DNA from: Eledone cirrhosa
Taxonomy: Eukaryota
Direction: 5' to 3'
NCBI GenBank assembly: GCA_964016885.1
Contig: OZ024743.1
Location: 187,054,001 to 187,118,000, forward strand
DNA: 64,000 bases
Shown: piece after piece, positions 25,747 to 44,002 of the stretch
Position numbering within the stretch: the stretch's first letter is position 1
Layout: each line of letters starts with the position of its first letter
The notes under the pieces: generated by a model
What the model saw: only the letters and a program-made list of their open reading frames with translations
Database searches by the model: none
Told to the model about the DNA's origin: nothing
Position numbers and translations under genes: made by a program

Positions 25747-28646
25747 CATCATCATCATCAAGGTTTAGCGTCCGTGTTCCACGCTTGCATGGGTTTGGAC
25801 GGGGGTTTTCCCACTTGAGGCAAGAGTGGTTGTCTTGCTCGCATAGGACTGTCTGGCGGGTTTTCTACAGCTGGATGCCCTTCCTAACACCAACCACATT
25901 TACAGTGTGGGTCTGGGAGGTTTTTACCGTGTTGCCTGCACGGCCACATTTACAGCGTGGACTGTGTGTTTTTTTTTCTCGTGACACCTACACGATCTCA
26001 TTTGTCTCGGCCTGGATGTTGTGGCACCAACATAACTTTACATTGAAAGGGGCGGTGTGGATGAGGTGGGGGTGGTGGGACGGGGGTGTGTTTTGATAGA
26101 GATGCCTACTGACTGTAGTAGGTTTTACTTTGTATTTAGGTAAGGCAGGTCTTCTCTATTACTGAGTACCACCAAAGGTCTCGGTCCAGTGACATTGTCT
26201 TGGAGAGGTGTAAGCGTGTGAGGTCGGAATTTATCATGTCATCCCAGGTTTTTCTGGGTCTGCCTACTCCGTGGCTACCGTCTATCTTTATTGCCCTGCA
26301 CTTTGTTATACAGCTGTCGTCTTTCATGCGCATCACGTGACCATACCAACGTAGCCTTCTCTCGAGTAAACAACAACTGATCCCTCTTATTTCTAATTTT
26401 TTCCTTAGTTCGTTTATGCTTAGCCGTTCACGTATATTACTATTGCACATCCAGCGGAGCATGCAAGCTTCGTTCCTCTCTAGTCTGCGTATATCCTCTG
26501 CATACAATGCCCAGGTCTCACTGCCATGCAGCATTGCTGTTCGTATGTAGGCATCATACAACCTGCCTTTCATTTTTAGGGAGAACCCTTTAGCGGCTAA
26601 TAGTGGTATAAGCTCTCTGAACTTTTTCCATCCAGTTCTGACTCTAGCTACTGTACTTTCGGAGCACCCTCCCCCACTGCTGATTTTGTCACCCAGGTAA
26701 CGGAAGCTGTCCACTATTTCTATAGAACCCCCTGCGCAATTGAAAGAGCTAGTATTTTGTGGGCACTTGCTGCTACTTATTGCACCAGAGCACACGCCAC
26801 ATGTAAAATCTATGTTCTTACTTAGTTTACCTGTGATCCCACTACATCTTTTATGCACACATACTTTGCATTTGGGACATAAAATGGAGTTTCTACCTAC
26901 GCCTTTCCTACACACTGAGCATGGCCATTTCCCGGAAGGGACCGCCGCCTTATTTTCTTTCCTACAAACTAGAACTTTAGTCTTAGCCAGGTTAATTTTA
27001 AGGCCTTTTGATTCTAGGCCGTGCTTCCATGTTTGGAATTTCTTCTCTAGTTCGGTCATTGATTCAGCTATGAGCGTTAGATCATCTGCGTATAGGAGTT
27101 CCCATGGGCAGCCGGTCTTGAACTCCTCTGTTATAGCCTGAAGGGCAATAATAAATAGTAGGGGGCTAAGAACAGAGCCCTGATGGACACCAACTTTTAC
27201 GCTAAACTCTTCACTATATTCGTTGTTAATTCTAACCTTGCTGACTGTTTCTTTATACATGGCTTGTATAGCTCTCACAAGCCATTCGTCAACACCTAGT
27301 TTTCTAAGAGCCCACCAGATAATGGAACGGGGGACTCTGTCGAAGGCTTTCTCCAGGTCGACAAAAGCTAAGTATAGGGGTTTACTTTTAGCTAGGTACT
27401 TCTCCTGTAGTTGTCGTACAATGAAAAGAGCGTCTGTTGTACTTTTGCCTGACACAAACCCGAACTGCATTTCATCTAGATCAATTCTCTCTCTGATTAG
27501 TTGCGCTAATACTTTTTCCGTGACCTTCATGACCTAGTCGATTAATTTAATGCCTCTATAGTTACACCTATCTAGGGCATCTCCTTTACCCTTGTAACAG
27601 TTAATGATGATGCTGCTATGCCAGTCCTTCGGAACAACCCCATTCTGTATGACTTGGTTTACTATCCGGGTGACCATGGTGTGTCCCACCGTTCCAGAGG
27701 CTTTCAGCATCTCAGCAACTATTTCCGAAGGCCCAGCCACCTTACCCATCTTCATATCTTTGATTGCCTTACTTATTATACTATCTTCGACTAACACTGC
27801 TGGTCCCTCTATTGGGTCGATGTGGGGGAAACTGTCTTTCTCCCATTTGTTCTCCTCATTTAGAAGCCTTTCGTAGTGACACTTCCAAGCTACCTTCTTA
27901 TCAACGTCAGTGATGGCAAGTATGCCACCATCATTAAGTACACACTTCTCCCCGACAATATCACGGTTTTCCTTGACACATTGCCTAGCAATCCTGAACA
28001 CCTCACGTTTTTGGTCCTCACATTGTAGAACATGCTTGAACTTTCTTTCCTCTGCTTCCCTTCTTGCGAAGTACACTTGTCTCCTAGCTTCCCTCCTGGC
28101 CACTTGATAGTCTTCTCTACTTCCCCCATCCCGCCATACTTTCCAAGCCTGCTTTTTGGCCTTAATTGACTCCTCCACCTTACTGTTCCACCACCATGTT
28201 ACTCTCCTCCTACCTACAGGCCTGCTCCAGCCACAGACATCGTCTGCCGCCGTCAGCAGGTTTGCTTTCAGGAATTCCCACTGTTCCTCTATATTATACG
28301 ACTCTAATTGCTCTTCCTTACTGTCGAAAGCATCAAGTAATATGCTTTGAAATTTATTTCTGGCCATGGGGTCCTTTAGCTTCCATATTTTTCTCCTGAG
28401 GATAGTCCTCTTCTGCTGTCTAGTACGTCTCGTCCTGACTATGAGGTCGCTAATTATCAGTCTATGTTGGGAGGTGCATTCTTCATGGGGGGGGGGGGAT
28501 TTAGTGTTAACAACAGACACTCTGTCACGTCTTCTGGTAAGGATATAATCTACCTGGCTTGTGTGTTCCCCCGATCTATAGGTGATCAAGTGATTGTCTC
28601 GTTTTTTGAAGTTAGTGTTACAGATAGTTAGGTTATTTGCGTCACG
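25747..28646 (-). mobile_element. RTE-clade LINE, near-intact, truncated within the APE endonuclease
   Basis: APE end (TYRS..QVDYIL..SQHRLI), RT motifs YRGIKL, QFGF, DLEKAFD, GVHQGSVLSP, YADD, FRYLG; (GAT)n tail. Confidence 0.95.
26136..28646 (-). pseudogene. RTE endonuclease-reverse transcriptase ORF broken by one in-frame stop
   Basis: ORFs 27534-28646 and 26136-27530 share a frame, separated by TAG in LID*VMKV. Confidence 0.9.
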
Positions 28647-30200
<1,554 letters not shown>

Positions 30201-30367
30201 AGATAGGTAAATATACACGGGTGTGTATGATTGTGTATAGAAGATTATATTAATAAGAGGAATTCCAACTTTGTCTGATTTACTCGTTTTATTTACAACC
30301 TTTTAAAATATATATAATGGTATTATAATGAAATAGTATGATAGAATATTAAATTCTAAGTGTTAAT

Positions 30368-30406
30368 TGAACAAGTACTTTCATGCTTTCGCAATCTTCA
30401 GGTTCA
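30368..30406 (-). ncRNA. Minimal type-I hammerhead ribozyme in pLTR (sense to the ORF)
   Basis: Reverse complement of 31619-31657. Confidence 0.8.
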
Positions 30407-30589
30407 TGATATGTGGTGACAGTCGAGTTTGCAATTTTCAACTGTAATGAGATGGGTAAATTTCCTACTTTTTATACATTTTATACAGAGAAAAGTGGCT
30501 CCAGAATGCAAAGCCATGTAAACTGTATTTCGACCAATCAGTGTGTATTAATCATTTTCCTATTAATCATCACCACCAACATCACTTTA

Positions 30590-30682
<93 letters not shown>

Positions 30683-30712
30683 GGTGGTCGTGGTCATAGT
30701 GGTCAGGCGTTA

Positions 30713-31192
30713 TTATTGTTCATTTAGCTTGGGTTTGAATTTATCAATAAAATTCTTTTCTTTGATTTTTCTCTTGATTTCACTTGGGCTGTGTAATTTG
30801 TAGAATGGGAATATTATAAATATTCCCTGACCACATGTTGCCAGGTGGCCGCTTAGGGGTATCTGACGGACATTTGGGTCTCTGATTTGTTGACGGTGTA
30901 CACGTGCACGTTCCGATAGTGCATTTCCAGTTTGACCGACATATAGTTCTTCACAATTCAGGCATTTAATGCAGTAAATTAGATTTCTGCTTTTGCAGTT
31001 CATATTTGCATTTGGGAATATTTTTCCAGTTTTTGTTTTCATATATTGACCGGCGTGTATGGATTGACATGTGCCGCATCGATTATCATTGCATTTAGAT
31101 ACAGTGAATGATTGGTCTTTGTTGTTAAGGTCAAACTTTGCTTTTGTTAGCAATTGCTTCAAATTTTTTGGCTGTCTTTTACTAAGAGTCAA
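30713..31192 (-). CDS. PLE GIY-YIG endonuclease domain (C-terminal fragment of the RT-EN polyprotein), Neptune-like
   Basis: CNDNRCGTC linker, NLIYCIKC..CEELYVGQT....ER...H, HLATC, KEKNFI. Confidence 0.88.
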   Translation of the reverse strand: MTLSKRQPKNLKQLLTKAKFDLNNKDQSFTVSKCNDNRCGTCQSIHAGQYMKTKTGKIFPNANMNCKSRNLIYCIKCLNCEELYVGQTGNALSERARVHRQQIRDPNVRQIPLSGHLATCGQGIFIIFPFYKLHSPSEIKRKIKEKNFIDKFKPKLNEQ

Positions 31193-31618
31193 AGATCGAT
31201 CTGTGATTTATTGATAAATTCAAACACAAGCTAAATGAACAATAATAACGCCTAGGGGTATTACTTCTACTACCACTATGACCACGACCACTAACAACAA
31301 CAACAACAACAATAATAATAATAATAAAAGTGATGTTGATGGTGATGATTAATAGAAAATGCTATTTTCATCATTTCAAAAAGCAAAACAATTGATACGT
31401 TGGATATGACTATTGGTCGTTAACATGATCAACCAGCCGTGACGCTTAAACCAATCAGCTGTAGTAATTCAGTGAAACTACACACTGATTGGTCTAAATA
31501 CAGTTTACAGGGCTTTGAATTCTGGAGCCACTTTTCTCTGTATAAAATGTATAAAGGTAGGAAATTTACCCATCTCATTACAGTTGAAAATTGCAAACTC
31601 GACTGTCACCACATATCA

Positions 31619-31657
31619 TGAACCTGAAGATTGCGAAAGCATGAAAGTACTTGTTCA
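31619..31657 (+). ncRNA. Minimal type-I hammerhead ribozyme in inverted pLTR
   Basis: tgaac CTGAAGA t-tgc-gaaa-gca-t GAAA GTAC TT gttca: 5-bp stem I, GAAA-tetraloop stem II, palindromic AGTACT stem III. Confidence 0.8.
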
Positions 31658-32200
31658 ATTAACACTTAGAATTTAATATTCTATCATACTATTTCATTAT
31701 AATACCATTATATATATTTTAAAGGATTGTAAATAAAACGAGTAAATTGGGATACAACAAGTAAATATTTTTATAACTGATATAATTTCATATAATTTGT
31801 TAACTCAACTTAATATGACATGACGTAAAATTTTCGTTATCTCCCCTTCTCTCTATATATTATTTCTCTCTCTTGAGTCTCTCTATCTGTCTGATGATTT
31901 GATCTATCTGTTGCTTTCCTCTGTTTTTCTTATTTATTCCTTTTTTTCTTCTTTCTTTCTTTCCTCCTGTCTTTATTTAGCTCTTCCTTTTTTTCTCCAC
32001 GCATTTGTCTCTCTCCGATATTTCTCCACGCTTTTTTTCTTTTTCTTTTTTCTTTCTCTCCGTCTTTTCTAATTGTCCGTAACGCTAAGACTTATTAAAA
32101 TAATATAAACAATTCACTATCCAGATGGCCTCCAAAAATAATGGTCGCATTTTAAAAGTGTACGTCAAAGCTTATTTGTAAAACTGTTATATATTGTATT

Positions 32201-32256
32201 TTGTCTGATGAAGGCATACCATAATTTAATTTGGTATCCCTGAAATATGTATAATG
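32201..32256 (+). ncRNA. Hammerhead-like motif; inverted copy at ~34568-34622
   Basis: CTGATGA aggcatacca/tggtatccct (9 of 10 pairs) GAAA tatg TA; stem I pairing is poor. Confidence 0.5.
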
Positions 32257-32302
32257 AAATAAATATGATTTTATAAATATAGTTTCCATTTACTAATATC
32301 GT

Positions 32303-34520
<2,218 letters not shown>

Positions 34521-34816
34521 CGATATTAGTAAATGGAAACTATATTTATAAAAATCATATTTATTTCATTATACATATTTCAGGGATACCAAATTAAATT
34601 ATGGTATGCCTTCATCAGACAAAATACAATATATAACAGGTTTTACAAATAAGCTTTGACGTACACTTTTAAAATGCGATATGAAATTATATCAGTTATA
34701 AAAATATTTACTTGTTGTATCCCAATTTACTCATTTTATTTACAATCCTTTAAAATATATATAATGGTATATATATATATACATATATATAGATATATAT
34801 ATAGATATATATATAC

Positions 34817-34885
<69 letters not shown>

Positions 34886-34900
34886 CATATATATATATAC

Positions 34901-35013
<113 letters not shown>

Positions 35014-35061
35014 CATATATATTTACATATATATATATATATATACATATATATTTACATA

Positions 35062-35097
<36 letters not shown>

Positions 35098-35124
35098 CAT
35101 ATACTTATATATATATATATACTT

Positions 35125-35158
<34 letters not shown>

Positions 35159-35184
35159 ATATACATATACATATATATATATAC

Positions 35185-35234
<50 letters not shown>

Positions 35235-35270
35235 AATATATATATACATATATATATATATATATTATAC

Positions 35271-35349
<79 letters not shown>

Positions 35350-35374
35350 CATATATATATACATATATATATAC

Positions 35375-35465
<91 letters not shown>

Positions 35466-35466
35466 C

Positions 35467-35533
<67 letters not shown>

Positions 35534-35535
<2 letters not shown>

Positions 35536-37909
35536 ACTTTGAATAACTTTGAAATGTTTTGGCCAGTATTGGCCCAGGCCATGTCTAACTTAATAGCACC
35601 ACCTGGCGAAGTCTTTCAATTCAAGCTTTGGGCACCATGGCCCATTCGAGAAGAGAATTACTGTTTGCGGAGACATATCCGGGTGTGGGTGGTTTGTCCG
35701 GGATTACTTGGAGGAATTTGTCCAAAGACTTCTTGAATTTTGAGTGGTCAGTTTCTGTTTGACGTGTCCTGGTGTGATGTTGAAGAGAGCAAGGGCCGAT
35801 TGAGGTGAAATAATTGTGCCGTATTGTTGTTATGAGTTGCGATTTAGATTTTGAATGGACGGATAGCACGGGGCCCAAGCCTTGGGTGTATCTTGAAGGC
35901 GATGCCAACATCATTTGGGCAGTGATGATGGAACATTTTCCACATCATGCAGATAATATAACGCTCACGGCGACGTTGGAGTGAGTAAAGTTTCAGGTTT
36001 TCCAATCGACCCCAGTAGTCAAGGTCTGACATGCCATCTATCTTTTTCGTGATTGCCCTTTGAGGAGCTTCAAGTTTCATGATACTTTGTCTCGTGTGGG
36101 GAGACCACAGTGGACAACAGTATTCAAGGTGTGGTCGGGCGAAAGTAGAGAAGAGAAGGATAATGGTGCGGGAATCTCTCGACTGGAAGGTTCTGAGGAT
36201 CCAGGAACACATTCTGCGGGCCATGTCAACTTTGCTGCTTATATGCGTGGTCCAGCTTATGTTGCTGTCCACGGTTACTCCCAAGTCTCTGATGTTGTTA
36301 GATGCCACGAGAGTTTCCCCGGAGGGAAGGGAGTACGGGAGTTTCAGAGCATCCTCTTTTCCAAAGTGGATCAGTTCGAATTTGTCCTCGTTCAGTAACA
36401 TGTTGTTCTTTTCTGCCCATTGGGTAACAGCCAGTAGGTCTGACTGAAGGCTTATCCGGTCATCCACGCCATTGATGACCTTTTGGAGCTTGGAATCATC
36501 AGCGAAAATTTTAATGTTGCTGTGTTTGATGATGTCAGTGATGTCATTAATATAGATGATGAAGAGAAGTGGGCCCAACACAGTGCCTTGTGGGACTCCA
36601 CTACTGACTTTGGCTGGGCTTGATTTGACTCCCTCAACTACAACATGTTGGGTTCTGTTTGACAGGAAGCTCTTGATCCACTGCAGCAGCTTTCCAGTGA
36701 CACCAATATTGGACAGCTTTCTCAGTAGAATTTTATGATCAACCCTGTCAAAGGCCTTGCTGAAATCAAGGTAGATAACATCAGTGTTGGAACCCTCTCC
36801 AAGGCTCTCAAAATGTCATCAAAGTGATGCAGTAGTTGCGTCAGGCAATCCCTTCCATTATGGAATCCATGCTGGTTGGAGTTCAGCATATTGTTACTCT
36901 CAAGGAAGTGGGTCATTCGCGATCTCACCACTCGCTCAAATACCTTAATGATATGAGAGGTGAGTGAGATTGGACGGTAATTCACGGCAAGGGATTTGTT
37001 TCCCTTTTTGAAAACTGGGACAACAGACTGGGATAGAAGGTTTTCTGGCACATATCCAGCATCCAGTGAGTTCTGCCACAGATTGGCAAGAGGAGAAGCA
37101 AGTTGGTGTTGACACGCCTTCAGGACACAAGCAGGGAACCTATCGGGACCTACTGCTGAATTATGCTTGATTTCCTTTATTGCCGCCAAGACATCAGGGG
37201 CGCCAAACGTTATGTCCGATAAGGTGTAATGGGGAGTAACATCGCCTATACAGCCCAGATCGGCCATATCAGGATTGCTGAAAACAGAGCAGTATTGTTT
37301 CTGCAGTATCTCACCCATGGTTTTAGCATTGTCTTGAAGAGTGCCATTTTCATCAATTAGAGGGCCAACAGTAGAGCCAGTGATTTTGTGTTTTTTTGCA
37401 AATGAAAAGAACACTTTGGGATTGAGTTTGATCTTCTCAATGGCACAGGCCTCTTCAGCTCTTCTCTGATTGTTGATGAGGGACATTATGTTGTTTTGGA
37501 GGTTATGTTTTTTAATCTCTAGTGATGAAATGGCAGTCAAGTTGATGTGTTGCTGCTGACAGTATTTCAGCTTGTTGATTTTTTTGTTCGTTGTCTTAAT
37601 TTTTCTGATGAGCGTTTTTCTATTTCTAGGGATTCTGCTCTTAGATTTGTTTATAGTTCTTAATGGGGCGTGTTTAGCACATATGTTTGTAACAGTGTCC
37701 ACAAATGTCTGCCAGGACTTTTTGATGTTAGTGGGTGTATGAGTGTGCGTGAAGGACCAGTTGACATGTGCAAGATCATGACTGATCGCTTCCCAGTTTG
37801 CATTGTGGAAATCCATAGCGTCAAACGGATGGACAGGAGAGATGACATTGCGTTTGTATATTGGACGGTGGAATCTCAGATCACAGAGAACCATGTCATG
37901 ATCAGAGAG
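35534..37909 (-). mobile_element. CR1-group LINE ORF2, 5'-truncated and frameshifted
   Basis: [62 protein letters not shown]; frameshifts near 36795 and 35850; both ends in (TA)n. Confidence 0.9.
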
Positions 37910-39457
<1,548 letters not shown>

Positions 39458-39459
<2 letters not shown>

Positions 39460-39760
39460 AGGCACATGGCTTAGTGGTTAGAGCATTGGCCTTGGGCTGT
39501 GAGTTCAATCCTCAGACCGCGTGATGTGTTGTTTCCTTGAGCAAGACACTTTATTTCACATTGCTCCAGTTTACTGGAGTCCCTATCATTCCACTGCAAA
39601 GTGGTCATGGAGGCGCCACGGCAAAAAAAAGCACCCAGCACTCACTGTAAATGAGGTTGGTGTTAGGAAGGGCATCCAGCTGTAGAAATCAAGCCAGAAT
39701 CAGTTCCCATCCCACCCTTGCAAGCAGGGAAATGAAATGCGGTCGTAAAATGATGATGAT
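39458..39760 (+). mobile_element. CORE-type SINE with RTE-like tail
   Basis: GGAGGCACATGGCTTAGTGG head, B box GAGTTCAATCC, (TGA)n tail. Confidence 0.85.
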
Positions 39761-39801
39761 ATATACATATATGTATATATACACATATACATACATATGC
39801 T

Positions 39802-39852
<51 letters not shown>

Positions 39853-39940
39853 CTTCTGTGTGTCTGTTTTTATACATATATGTATACGTATGTATGTATC
39901 TCTCTCTCTATATATATATATCATCATCATTATGTATTAT

Positions 39941-40134
39941 TGGATTGGCAGTATCGGTAGAGGGTCGGACGCCATGCTTTCCAGCATAGTTACGTCCCTT
40001 TACGATCTGAGTTCAAATCCCGCCGAGGTTGACTTTGCCTTTCATCCTTACGAGCTCGATAAAATAAAGTACCAGAAGTACCAGTAATGTACTGGGTAAT
40101 TGCTGGCCTTGTGCCAAAAAGTAGAAACAATTAT
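39941..40134 (+). mobile_element. tRNA SINE family 2
   Basis: Near-identical to 10574-10760. Confidence 0.85.
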
Positions 40135-40674
40135 GTATTATTCTATGTACTATAGATACACCTTTGACGAGTTGTAGTGCACCTGAGCACTTTACACAAT
40201 AATTTCATTATTATTTATTATTATTATCATTTAATAAACATACTCCAAAAAAGTTGGGACCCTTTGAATGAGTAGAAAATAATAAATCTCTACATCCCCA
40301 CATGCACTGATATAAGCAGTGCAAACACTGTGTTCAATTTATTAGTACAAACAGTGTGAAAAGTGGAAGGGCAGAGCATTTAACATTGATATGCACATGT
40401 ACAATCATAAATAGGTATTGAATAAAGTAGAACATTCTTTCATGATGATAGAACTCTTGTAGGAGTCATAGGACTGTCGCCGCTTATGTCTGTCTGCAGC
40501 TATGCATCTCTTTCACTTTTGCTCTCATTCAATCTCTCTTTCACTTCTCCTCTCACACATTCTCCTGTTTGTTCTCATGCACACCCACACATATATACAC
40601 AAATATACACAGATTGAATTTATGCCTATATTCAAATAAATATATATATATATGTATGTGTGTGTGTGTGTGTG

Positions 40675-40867
40675 ACAAAGAAAGTGTGGTAAGGAACCAG
40701 GTGGACCATAATGCACCAGAGTAATCGATACTTTGGGTAGTAGAGTGGGTAATAGGAAAAGAATCAGGACCCCGACGGATGAGCTCCGGCAGTTTCATCA
40801 GCTAGATCCGAACTATCTGTCGAAATGGCTGGAGCTCAGCTGTCGGGGGTCTTGACTCTTTTCCTAT
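40675..40867 (-). mobile_element. Hairpin element, older copy
   Basis: Diverged arms 40752-40867 and tail homologous to the 13908 copy. Confidence 0.7.
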
Positions 40868-40870
40868 ATA

Positions 40871-40902
<32 letters not shown>

Positions 40903-40955
40903 AGTCTGGAAGGAGCTATCGAAATGACATGAGCTCAGCTCTGTGTCCCTGGCTC

Positions 40956-40999
<44 letters not shown>

Positions 41000-41048
41000 G
41001 AGCCAGGGATCAAGGGCTGAGCTCATATATATATATGTATATACACAT

Positions 41049-41123
<75 letters not shown>

Positions 41124-41224
41124 TATATATATATATAGTAATAATAATAAATTTGAAGACTAAAATCCAAAGAGGGCTCGATAAGGATAAATATATATCA
41201 AATATATATATATATATATATATA

Positions 41225-41255
<31 letters not shown>

Positions 41256-41297
41256 TTATATATATATATAAATATATATATATAAATATAAATATAT

Positions 41298-41867
41298 ATC
41301 ATCATCATCATCATCATCAACGTTTAACGTCCGTGTTCCACGCTTGCATGGGTTTGGACGGGGGTAGTCCCACTTGAGGCAAGAGTGATTGTCTTGCTCG
41401 CATAGGACTGTCTGGCAGGTTTTCTACAGTTGGATGCCCTTCCTAACACCAACCACATTTACAGTGTGGGTCTGGGAGGTTTTTACCGTGTTGCCTACAC
41501 GGCCACATTACAGCGTGGACTGTGTGTTTTTTTGTCGTGACACCTACACGATCTCATTTGTTTCGGCCTGGATGGCGCGGCACCAACATAACTTTACATA
41601 GAACGGGGTGGTGTGGATGGGGTGGGGGTGGTGGCGGGACGGGGTGTAGTTTGTTAGAGATGCCTACTGGCAAGGCGGGTCTTCTCTGTTACTGAGTACC
41701 GCCAAAGGTCACGGTCCAGTGACATTGTCTTGGAGAGGTGTAAGTGTGTGAGGTCGGAGTTTATCAGCTCATCCCATGTTTTTCTAGGTCTGCCTATTCC
41801 GTGGCTACCGTCTATCTTTATTGCCCTGCACTTTGTAATACAGCTATCGACTTTCATGCGCATCACG
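41298..41867 (-). mobile_element. RTE LINE 3' fragment
   Basis: Matches 24229-24841, with a ~28-bp deletion at the stop codon. Confidence 0.9.
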
Positions 41868-41899
41868 TATAAATATATATATATAAATATATATATATA

Positions 41900-41930
<31 letters not shown>

Positions 41931-42071
41931 TTATATATATATATAAATATATATATATAAATATAAATATATATATAAATATATATATATAAATATATAT
42001 ATATAAATATATATATATATTTATATATATATATAAATAAATATAAATATATATATAAATATATATATATA

Positions 42072-42541
<470 letters not shown>

Positions 42542-42635
42542 TATATATATATATATATATATACATTATGAAGAGAGAAGAAACATTTAGATATAATTAG
42601 TAATAAAATGTATCATACCTAAACTGTTCCTAAAT

Positions 42636-42723
42636 TCCTCGACTACGTAGTTTCGTGGCATAAACAAAAACAATATATCAAAGATATAGAGTCCTTGCGA
42701 GGTCTGCCGACTTATCAAGAGGA
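42636..42723 (-). ncRNA. Variant type-I hammerhead, inverted copy with G10.1-C11.1 pair
   Basis: Reverse complement reads tcctc TTGATAA gtcggca..tgccac GAAA CTACGTAG TC gagga. Confidence 0.72.
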
Positions 42724-42883
42724 TACCTCATTTTACTAGTCTCAAGAACGCGTCTACACGACGTGAGAAAGAGGCTTAGCTCTGTTTCTCGACCGTTATA
42801 TCGCGTGACAATCTCCCCCTCCGCCTTTTGGGATTCTTTCTCACGTCGTGTAGACGCGTTCTTGAGACTAGTAAAATGAGGTA

Positions 42884-42971
42884 TCCTCTTGATAAGTCGG
42901 CAGACCTCGCAAGGACTCTATATCTTTGATATATTGTTTTTGTTTATGCCATGAAACTACGTAGTCGAGGA
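42884..42971 (+). ncRNA. Variant type-I hammerhead (U3:A8 core, extended stem II)
   Basis: tcctc TTGATAA gtcggca..tgccat GAAA CTACGTAG TC gagga. Confidence 0.7.
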
Positions 42972-43244
42972 ATTTAGGAACAGTTTAGGTATGATACATT
43001 TTATTACTAATTATATCTAAATGTTTCTTCTCTCTTCATAATGTATTTTTAACTCTGATACTGGTTCAGTCTAGTTCAAACTGAATTGGTCTGTCCCAGT
43101 CATTCATTGAGCAACATCGGTGAAGTTGGCACCCTTAACTCACAGTTGGGTGCGGATGCGTTCATGTATATATGTGTGCGTCCGCATGTATCTGTGTGTT
43201 TCTAAATATATATATATACACACATTATATATATATATATACAC

Positions 43245-43725
<481 letters not shown>

Positions 43726-43811
43726 ATATATATATATATATACACATTTTATATATATACACATTTTATATATATATATATATATATACACATTATATAT
43801 ATATATATATA

Positions 43812-44002
43812 TAATTGTTTCTACTTTAGGCACAAGGCCAGCAAATTACCCAGTACATTACTGGTACTTTATTTTATCGACCCCGTAAGGATGAAAGGCA
43901 AAGTTAACCTCGGCGGGATTTGAACTCAGACTGTAAAGGGACGTAACTATGCTAGAAAGCATGGCGTCCAACCCTCTACCGATACTGCCAATTCACCGCC
44001 CT
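43812..44002 (-). mobile_element. tRNA SINE family 2, full length, tail-to-tail with 43535
   Basis: Reverse complement of the same consensus. Confidence 0.88.

Larger units (their letters stand above)
30201..31747 (-). mobile_element. Penelope-like element, 5'-truncated, with inverted pLTR
   Basis: GIY-YIG ORF between 30278-30751 and its inverted copy 31207-31747, each carrying a hammerhead. Confidence 0.88.
42561..43046. repeat. Near-perfect inverted repeat: 212-bp arms, 62-bp spacer
   Basis: 42561-42772 is the reverse complement of 42835-43046; one mismatch seen. Confidence 0.95.

Noticed and set aside
31891-31920. CTGATGA motifs here and at ~37605, ~55864, ~56634
   Set aside because: No correctly placed stem II, GAAA and stem I; several lie inside LINE or SINE sequence
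39458-39520. tRNA-like A/B box sequences as tRNA genes
   Set aside because: They are SINE heads followed by SINE bodies; no complete cloverleaf
40238-40440. Possible Tc1-like terminus (also a pogo/Tc2-like end at ~50960-50985)
   Set aside because: Only one end visible in each case; no partner TIR or TSD
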